Assembly (NCBI GenBank): GCA_951406725.2
Contig: OX597819.1
Location: 117,738,001-117,802,000, forward strand
Direction of reading: 5' to 3'
DNA length: 64,000 nt
From: Octopus vulgaris
Taxonomy: Eukaryota
The first letter of the stretch is position 1. Each line of letters starts with the position of its first letter. The notes below the pieces were generated by a model. It searched no databases and was not told where the DNA came from. It saw only the letters and a list, made by a program, of their open reading frames with translations. Both the position numbers and the translations under genes were made by a program. Positions 53,617 through 64,000 of the stretch are shown one piece after another.

Positions 53617-54139
53617 GTACGAATATATATTCATATGTACTTAGAAAGATGGTTACTTACATCCTTTTAATAAATGTGTATAAGTATAAGTAAATGAGTT
53701 ATGTATGTATACGTGACAGCATGCGTGTATTCATCTCAATGTTCCTCTATATGTGTCGTGTGCACGTATAGTTCTACTTATAAAAACTTAAACACGGATA
53801 ATCAAAATATTATAGGACACAAATAGTGAACTGTGAGTATGAACATTACAAATACTCAACTTTTATATTGGGGTAAAAGTTTATATAACAAATATATATA
53901 TATGTTACAGAAAAACATTCAAACTGTTACACAATCCCGCATTACACATTCTGTCACATCAGTACACAGATACACTCACACACACACACACACAAACACA
54001 CAAACACACAGGTATAAAAACTTATACATACACACCACTATATATGTATAACTAAGATCATATATCATATATCACACACATGTCATATATTACACACTGC
54101 ACACAGACACACTCACACACACGCACATATATATATATA

Positions 54140-54172
<33 letters not shown>

Positions 54173-54179
54173 TATATAC

Positions 54180-54245
<66 letters not shown>

Positions 54246-54271
54246 TTATATATGTATATATATCTATATCT

Positions 54272-54334
<63 letters not shown>

Positions 54335-54989
54335 TTTAAATAGATTGATCTACATATACGTATATATACAAAGCGAAGGAAAGACACAGACGAGAAGAGA
54401 GATACACACAAAGTGATAATCAATCATAGCGTGTGAGTGGTAGGCACATATATCGGATGAGAGAGATCGAGTGATAGACAAACAGGCTATAATCGCGATA
54501 ATCAGATATTTGCTGCTCACTACTCTGTGTGTTTCAGTAGATATTTTCAAAAGACATCTCCTTCTTGCATCATCCTATATTGCTATGATCAAAGCTGATA
54601 TCTCTTCTGATCTCTTCGCTGTTACGAAAGTGGAAATATATTTCTACGCAATGTGTAAATCTTTTATCGTTTGAAATATACTCTGACCTTTGACATTCAT
54701 CAAAGTTCAAAGGTAAATCCTTAAGACAAAATATTAAATAGCAACTTTCAGCGCTCTGGTAGCCTCCATAAATTCCGTATGCCATATTAAGCGTGTTCAA
54801 AATCAGGTCTACCTCCCGGACTGCATGCGAAGATACATACAGAAATAACTGCATGGATGCATGCGTACGTGCATTCATACATATATACATACATACATAC
54901 ATACTTACATATATACAAATGTTTTCACAGAAGCACACAAACACAAACACATATACATGTGTTTCAGAGTGTGAATGTTTGTGTATAGT

Positions 54990-55039
<50 letters not shown>

Positions 55040-55166
55040 TATATGTATATCTATGTATATCTTTGTATATGTATATATATATATATATTAATTATTTTTA
55101 TTTTTATGCTTTGGTTTATGTTTTTCACTGTTTGATTTGCCTAATAGTGGTTTTATCTCTAATTTA

Positions 55167-55255
<89 letters not shown>

Positions 55256-55573
55256 CGTTTGCGTGTGTGTGTATGTGCGTGTGTGTGTGTGTGTGCGTGT
55301 GTGTGTGTTTGTGTCTATAGAGATAACGACAACCTGCTTTTAGAACTATACATACACATGCTTCATAGTAGAGCGTTCGTGGAGTAGAGAGTATAATATG
55401 AAATTAAATAAACAAGAAAAGAACATAAACTACGAAATCAGCTTTATTAATTGACAGCTGTTTCTGGTATAAGATGCAGTACATTCAGATCTGCGGTGTT
55501 AACCACCCTATAACTTCCTCCGAGGTATGCATCCCTGTACACATATATAATACATACATTTATATTAATAATA

Positions 55574-55633
<60 letters not shown>

Positions 55634-55782
55634 AGGTTACTTGTTGTTATCCGTAGACTTACTGCAGGAACTTTGCAGTTGCAGTTGGAGTAATAGTATT
55701 AATAAAATGGGAGATAGAATGTGTATTAGACTTTATTGAGTACAACACATGTTGCGACCTGTCGTTTTGGTTCTCTTCAATA

Positions 55783-55834
<52 letters not shown>

Positions 55835-56069
55835 GCTGGCTAGGATTCATGCATAACTGCTAATATTCGGTGCAGTGTATAATGATCTATAAAAAGTTTG
55901 AGAAGACTAAATGAGTTCTACATCCGGAATACTTTCATAGCATAATTTGTATAAAATGCGGTTACTCTTTTTAAGAAGCTTATAATATAAAATATATTGG
56001 GAACTATATATTCCGTATGAAAAACATTTTCGAATTAAAGTATAAATTTTTTGCAGTCAATGTAATGAG

Positions 56070-56310
56070 AAGAAGCTACGAGAAGTAGCTGTGTGCAAGA
56101 TAGAAGAAGCAGCAGAGAGAGCCTCTTCGTGGTTATGAAACGGGAAAAAGAATTTATAGGTCAAGAAGTTTGACAACAATTTAGTCTTATCTGGTGAGCC
56201 AACAACCGAAGGAAGGTTTAACCTTTCAGGATCGAAACTATTGATGATTATTGTATATCGTCTTATGACATCAGTTCTTCCTGGTCAAAGCTTCTTTCAC
56301 CAAAGATGAA
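56070..56310 (+). mobile_element. 3' end of an RLE-type (Hero/NeSL-like) LINE
   Basis: LREVAVCKIEEAAERASSWL* resembles the AE.AS.WLW C-terminus of these elements. Confidence 0.45.
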
Positions 56311-56627
56311 TGAAGCACCATCTTCTTTTACATGTTATCAATATCATACGATTTTCACATACACACAGACACGCAAACCCAAATCCAAAGTGAAAGAAGC
56401 CTGTCGTATATATGTATATATATGTATGTGTATGCATTTCGAAGCTGAAGACCGTTATACTTCATGCTCATGCAAACTGGATTCACTGCCATATTTGTAG
56501 ATCATTTCATGGAGGTCATACACATTCTTGAAGACGGGCAATTCGTACTTGTACATAACGGGTAAAATACAGCTGCTGATGATTTATCTGGTCGAAACTT
56601 CGAAGTCACTTTCAGTCCACTTATTAT

Positions 56628-57020
56628 CTCTTTTACTCGCCTGTACTTGTTTCAGTTGTTTGACTGCGGCCATGCTGGAGCACCGCCTTTAGTCGAGCAA
56701 ATTGACCCCAGGACTTATTCTTTGTAAGCATATTACTTATTCTATCGATCTATTTTGCCGAACAGCCACGTTACGGGGACATAAACACACCAGCATCGGT
56801 TGTCAAGCGATATTGGGGTGGACAACCACAGACACACAAACACATACATATATATACATATATACGACGGGCTTCTTTCAGTTTCCGTCTACCAAATCAA
56901 TTCACAGGGATTTGGTCGACCCGAGGCATTACTAGAAGACGCCCAAGAGTCCACTGTGCGACTGAGCACGGAACCTTGCGGTTTGTAAGGAAGTGACTTA
57001 CCTTACAGCGACTCCTGCGC
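56628..57020 (-). mobile_element. SINE family A
   Basis: GCGGCCATGCTGGAGCACCGCC...TTTCAGTTTCCGTCTACCAAATC...CGACTCCTGCGC. Confidence 0.88.
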
Positions 57021-59149
57021 TTATATTCATGAATAACACATTTGTAATCTAAAAAGTATGGAATACTCCCTTCAGATTAACTTAATATTGTCGCTTTATA
57101 ACTGAATATAAACAACAAGCATTAACATATGGATCTATGTATGTGTGTTTTTTGTGTGTATATACGTACCTGTGTGTGTCTATATGTGTGTCATATAATT
57201 TAAGATCCCGTTTCTAGCATCATATATTCACCATGTTGAAGACTGAAATAATCTAATATTATGCAGTTACAGCAGCTTCGAACATTTTTTGTAGTGAACA
57301 TTGCAACCATTTCCGTTGCAACATAATTTGCAGTACGTATTAGGACACCAGCACTTACGCCTGCCGCTCAATATTTTACCATTACAGAGAATCACTAATT
57401 GGTTCATGGTTAACATTCTAAACCTGTTTATTACATTAAACTGGACTTGCTTCACATAATTCCCAGTTAATCAAAATTCCATAAAGCAATTTGTCTTCTG
57501 CAATATTAATGGTAGGGTTTTCCGTGGTTACATAATCCTTTCCATAGAATTCAGTTAGTGTATAACTGAATGCTTTATACTTCTAAAATGTGCGAAAAAT
57601 TGATAAAACACACTACTTTTTATCAGCTACTTATTTCAAATGAACTCTAAATGGTTTGTCCTGTTTGTTTTTTATATTACGTTCCATTTTTATTTGTGAG
57701 ATAAAGCATAAAACCTGATATACATTCACTTCTAAATGATATGCAAAAAATAAATAACATTTTTATGAAGGAAAATATATTAAATTTACATTGCAATTAA
57801 TTAATTTATTTTATGTTACAAATGCGCATATTTCGAAACAAAATATTCAGACAGACAACATTAGATTTCACGATTCATCTGCTAAAATATCCCTCTTCAA
57901 GTCATGCGAATCAAAAAAAAAATATATCCTTCATAATAAATATTATCCGCATATTTGTTATATAGATTATGTATATGAACGTAGAATCGTTACTAGTTAG
58001 CCGATTCTCAAGTAACTTGGTGATCAGCTTAGTAACAGTAAGTATGTTGTTCGTATCTGTTTTCTACATTGTGCATATTATCACTCAGGATATCTCAATC
58101 AGATTTGCTTGATTAAAAAACGGCTACAGAGTCGGGTGGAAGTACGTATATAATTGAAAATACATGCACACAATTAGACATACATTCTCTCCTTTGTCAC
58201 ACACACACACACACACATACGCACATAGCGCATATTTGTATGTCGTATGTAAGTAAGCATAATCAAGAGCCTCTGGTTTCACTTTTATGCGACATAGGAG
58301 TGCCTCAGTAATATATTATCTATTGTTCAATTTGATTCTTTTTGAGAATGGGGCGACATTGTTCACATAACTTATAGACAGAGAGGAAAATCCTGTGGTA
58401 CAAACCATTTCCTCCTTCGTCTGCAACGTCAAAGACATCATTTTGATACAATATTTACTCTGTGAATGACTGAAATCTTGGCACGAACACTGTATACGTT
58501 ATGTACCAAATAGTGCATAGAATAATAACTAAACACAAAATAACATTTTCTCTAAATGAATCTTAGCTAAAATGCTGTTACGTTTGAAACATGCAGGTGA
58601 TAACTATTATGCTTGGAGTATTCTGTTTCTCTATACATCTGGAAATATATTAATAAGGTTAACATGGGAAGTACAGTTGAATCTTTACAATTCAATGACA
58701 GGCGATGAGGACATGACGGAGAATATCATAAGAATCGTATTGATTCTATAAGAGTATAACACGGTGAACCAGTATGTACGTTGAATTCCATACATAGAGA
58801 TTTTCACGCGAAAAAATTTGAATCCGTTACGAAGTTTTACTAACATTCATCTTGCAGACATGCTAGAATATTACCACGTATTAAGATTTAGTATAGAGAT
58901 TTAAAGATGGAACAAAAGTCCAGAATGCGTCTCAAACAGTTTTAATAGTGACGGTGTCAAAAACAAAGATATTAGTCGCTATCAATATGAAAGTAAAACG
59001 AAAATATGTGCTCTCTTCCAATTAAGAAAGCAAATCATAAGCAATGACGCATTCACCATTTACATTTCGGGTCCTCATTAGCAGTAATCGAACACAAAAT
59101 CTCATCTCATGTAGTTCAGCATATAGGACACCCCTTATAGGGATTTCGG

Positions 59150-59320
59150 TTGCGCATACTATTGGAGTCACTGGACACTGCTCCATGTGGCCCCATAGTT
59201 TCCATCAAACTGGGAATATTGGGATCTCGTCCATTGTTTGGTATTCAAGATTCTCTGCATGACATCCTGCTAGTTCAAATCCAGGAATCTGATCTGTTGG
59301 GTACTGCTTATAACAATTTA
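59150..59320 (+). mobile_element. possible R4/Dong-like LINE C-terminal relic
   Basis: PIVSIKLGILG...QIQESDLLGTAY resembles PVVIGALG...LQK..LLGTA. Confidence 0.3.
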
Positions 59321-60084
59321 TTATCGATAATGTTTTGTCTGTCTCCTACCCTTCGACCAGTCTGGCCTGGTTACACCTACCTGGAGATTTCTCTCGCTCC
59401 AGCATAGCTTTCCAGATCAATGGGGCACACAGGCACTTCACCGCGAGAAGGTACTTGTTGAATTGGCCGTTGAATACACAGTAGTTCTTCCGCCCTTTGA
59501 CGGGTCTTATTTTTGTCCCGCAGGATGTCCAACAATCACCCTCCTCACAATCAGGTTGTTCTGGCCAGTAGCACTCAAGTGCAACCTGGCCCTAGGCACA
59601 TAGAAATGAATATAAATTTCAAAGCATTTTCATTTGGATCAAAGTACAGAGGCTAAACCACTGAGAGATTCGAAACATGGTAAGGCAAGGAATGGGAAAT
59701 CATCTCGCAGGCGCTCTTTTTCATTTCACAAAAAATATAGAACGTGATATAGTGGGGCAATATATCTTAAAACGCACGATAGTGTTGTGATTTTGAACAT
59801 AAAAGAACTGCACAGTATAGAGATCGGAACCAGTGTAAAACAAATATGCTCAAATAAGAAAGGAAAACATTGTAGATGTGAACCAAGTTCATGATCATTG
59901 AAGGAATAGCGACACATCAGGTGAATGAACTTCCGAAATAAATGAACTTCACCTAGTTCGTTTGGTGCTTCGTGTATTTTAGAAGTTTGATTCAATTCCA
60001 ATTTACGCACAGATTAGCGAATATATATCAGTTGTTTAGAGACGACGAAATAAGAATATATTTAGTTATACACACACACACAAA

Positions 60085-60154
<70 letters not shown>

Positions 60155-60997
60155 ATGTCGTGTGTTTATGTGCGTGTGCATGTATGTATATGTCTTTACA
60201 TCTATACGTATTGGCGTACATGCATTAATGAGTGTATTTTGATATTGTATGTGTAGTTAATATCAATTCCACGCTTTATTGAACTAAGACGAAACCCATT
60301 AAAGCAGGCATTTCGTCGCTGACTTTCTTACAGACATAGCATAAATAATTTTGACAATTTATCTACTTTCCATTTTATGTATTTTACAGACCATTTTGTC
60401 TGAGTCGAAGGGTAAGATGTGAACGATAATGTATGCAAAAAATATCAAGAAAAAACCTTTTAAAAACTTTACATACAACTTGATGATTACACTCGAAGAA
60501 TTTTAAATCGATAGTAACTGGTCATTTTTAAAAACATATATGTAGTGTACAGAAATAAACAGATAATTCTAGCCCCTTACCTAATTAAAAACAACACAAA
60601 TCAAAACAAACTACAAATATTTACCTAGATATTTACGGGAGTATGTATGTATGATTACACACATATATATATATATATATATATACGATATACGCGCGCA
60701 TACATAGATATACGGACGCATATACATTAATCATGTTACATATATATAATTATCATCAATATCCACTACAAAGCGAAAAGAAAAAATAGGTGATAAAGAA
60801 TGATTAGATATCAACATTCAATATTTTTCATTTTGCTTTTAATTTCACGCTTATTGAGCGGAATAATAGAATAATCGCGCATAATATTAATAACGCAGAA
60901 ATCGTTTTGTTTCATGTGCTTCGTCTCTCGTGAATTATATTGATCAATATTACGCGTCCTCTTGCCACTAGATACTACAATTGAGCCGAATTGATGA

Positions 60998-61460
<463 letters not shown>

Positions 61461-61954
61461 AGGTTTCGGTACATTTGGCATGTGTTTAGGTATGAATATA
61501 TCTAGGTTGTATCAGGTGACTAACTTTCTCAGATTTATTAATGAGAATGCTATTCACACTGCACTCAAAACAAATCAAGTGACTATTATTACATTCTGTG
61601 CATTGATATATGTCTCTGCGTGATAGAACGCTTGGACATCCATACTTCTTTTACGTTCATATCAACCTTGTTTATCCTTTTGAACAAATTATTAATATAT
61701 TAGACATTATGAATTACTGTCGAATGTCGATCGATAATGTTTCGCAAAGACCTTGTTTGTATATATCGCAATTTGTTGCATAAACTAGCTTTTTAACGTT
61801 GACAATTCCGATATAAATCTAATTAGATCGTTTCTTATGAAATATAAAATATTGCAGAGTAAATGTCAAAATAATGAAATTAATTGAGAACAAAACGCAC
61901 ACAAATTGTTGTTTGCTTTATTTTTTGAAGAAGTGTCTACTATATAACGTTCGT

Positions 61955-62525
61955 AGGGCGGCGAGCTGACAGAATAGTTAGCGCGCCAGGTGAAATGCTT
62001 AGCCGTATTTCGTCTGCCGTTACGTTCTGAGTTCAAATTCCGTCGAGGTTGACTTTGCCTTTCATCCTTTCGGGGTTGATTAAATAAGTATCATTACGCA
62101 CTGGGGTCAATCTAATCGAATTAATCCGTTTGTTTGTCTTTGTTTGTCCCATCTATGTTAAGCCCCTTTGGGCAATAAAGAAATAGGAAACGTCAGCACG
62201 CCGGGCAAAATGCTTAGCGGTATTTCGTTTGCTGCTACGTTCTAAGTTCAAATTTCGCCAGGATCGACCTTGCCTTTCATTCTTTCTGGATCGATTATAT
62301 AAGTACTAGTGACCCACTGGGGTCAATATAATCAACTTATTCCGGTTGCCTTTTCTTGTTTGACTCCTCACTGTGTAGCCCCTTGTGGGCAGTAAAGAAA
62401 TAAGAAACTTCGGTGAAATGCTTAACGGCATTTCGTTTGTATTTACGTTCTGAGTTGAAATTCCTCCGATCAAGTTGAGTGGCCTCCTCTCCCAAAATTT
62501 CGCGCCTTGTGCTTAGACAAGAAAA
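61955..62525 (+). mobile_element. SINE family B head-to-tail trimer
   Basis: Full first unit GGCGGCGAGCTGACAG..., then 5'-shortened units starting after AAAGAAATA(G/A) near 62180 and 62400. Confidence 0.85.
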
Positions 62526-62990
62526 CAGTATATAACGTTCGTGTTACCTCATTTTCCACTGCCATTCATGTCTCATCTCAGATGAAAGCATATGCAATAC
62601 AATACCGCCATTTCCTATTCATAGTTGAATTGTTATGGCATTGCTTTTTTTTTATTCGTTTTGAAATATATTCTCTTCTCAATATACACTTTGATGTATT
62701 GTATTTTATTGTTTCAGTATTTCAGCATTTTACAGGCTAGTTTTCAAATTAGCACCCATTCTCTGAATAAATGTCTATTCTAGTAAATGTGGAATGAAGT
62801 GATGATCATTATGATGCTTAGCGTAAAATCTGTCATTCTAAACGATATATTTTACCCCAGAGATATTATGTATTTTCATCGGAACAAACGCACAAAGGCG
62901 CGCGCACACACACACATTCATACACAAAGACACGCACGCAGACACACATAAGCACTTCCATCTATCTATCTATCTATCTATCTCTGTCTG

Positions 62991-63071
<81 letters not shown>

Positions 63072-63488
63072 GTGTGTGTGTGTGTGTGCATATAAATGTC
63101 TCTACATGTGACTAAGGTGTTAGGAAAACCTTGCATTACTAGTATTTAGAAATAAAACGCGCTAATGCTGTAACGCACATCAATGAAGCTATACACACTT
63201 ACATGAACCATAATAGTACGAAAAGTGCCGATCGAAGATTTTTAATACTGAAGCCTAAATTTTCGGCAATTTCCGTTGATATATTAGTCAAGACCACTCG
63301 ATTGTTCGGCTCTTTCCGGATTCGTTTCGCGATTAGCATTTCTGTTTTCGTATGTTTAATATATATGTTTTCCATATTACATGGAAATTACCGAACGCTG
63401 CTTCAGTTTGGCGTATTTTCAACACATAACGAATTATTTGGATGATTTAGCGATTCGCTAATATGTATATATAAAATTCATCAATTAA

Positions 63489-63763
63489 TAGGCGCAGGCG
63501 TGGCTGTGTGGTAAGTAGCTCCCAAAGAGTCTGAGGGACCTATACAAAGTTGATATAGGTTATTTCAAATCGAAACTGGACCGCGCTTCTTTTCGAGAGT
63601 CCCGGATGAAGTTACCTCGCGGTAAGAGGTGCCAATGAGGGTAGATACTTCAAACTCCCTTATTCACCAAATGCATCATATTAGAGGAGACTCTCAATAA
63701 TAACAGTGTAACAAAACGGCAGTACCCCAGCATCGACATAGGTCTGAGCTGAAACTAAAAAAC
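63489..63763 (+). mobile_element. chimera: SINE-A 5' head fused to a CR1/L2-like LINE 3' end
   Basis: GGCGCAGGCGTGGCTGTGTGGTAAGTAGCT, then LPKSLRDLYKVDIGYFKSKLD..(frameshift)..VPDE...SNSLIHQ, then tail CGGCAGTACCCCAGCAT...CTGAAAC. Confidence 0.7.
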
Positions 63764-63784
63764 AGTATATATATAAGAAGAGAA

Positions 63785-64000
63785 AGAAGCACTCCGTCGG
63801 TTACGACGACGAGGGTTCCGGTTGATCCGATCAACGGAACAGCCTGCTCGTGAAATTAACGTGTAAGTGGCTGAGCACTCCACAGACACGTGTACCCTTA
63901 ACGTAGTTCTCGGGGATATTCAGCGTGACACAGAGAGTGACAAGGACGGCCCTTTGAAATACAGGTACAACAGAAAGAGGAAGTAAGAGTGAGAGAAAGT
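63785..64000 (-). mobile_element. SINE family C, tail type 3 (runs off the window edge)
   Basis: Ends with AGGAAGTAAGAGTGAGAGAAAGT, matching the family C body (compare 5023-5045), joined to a different 3' segment. Confidence 0.7.

Overview
AT-rich, microsatellite-dense eukaryotic intergenic or intronic DNA. The SINE families and the density of (TA)n/(TG)n/(TATC)n repeats suggest an octopus (coleoid cephalopod) genome; this is an inference. No intact host gene can be called, and most ORF-track entries are microsatellite or SINE artefacts. The window is a nested set of decayed transposable elements: 4 tRNA-derived SINE families, Tx1, RTE, CR1/L2-like and RLE-type LINE fragments, two Penelope-like (PLE) RT fragments, two Tc1 relics, a mariner relic, a MULE relic, several MITE/foldback elements and a probable LTR element. 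The most interesting signal is a set of short, mostly (TA)n-embedded non-autonomous elements carrying minimal type I hammerhead ribozyme (HHR) motifs with palindromic stem III. They include a G3-C8 core-swapped HHR in a TSD-flanked hairpin element, an A6U-core family, and a tRNA-headed (Pol III-like) HHR element. Other notable features are a 1.4 kb foldback built partly from SINE sequence, a SINE-head/LINE-tail chimera pointing to a SINE's partner LINE, and a Tx1 sitting in (TATC)n. All structures were folded and aligned by eye; nothing was computed.
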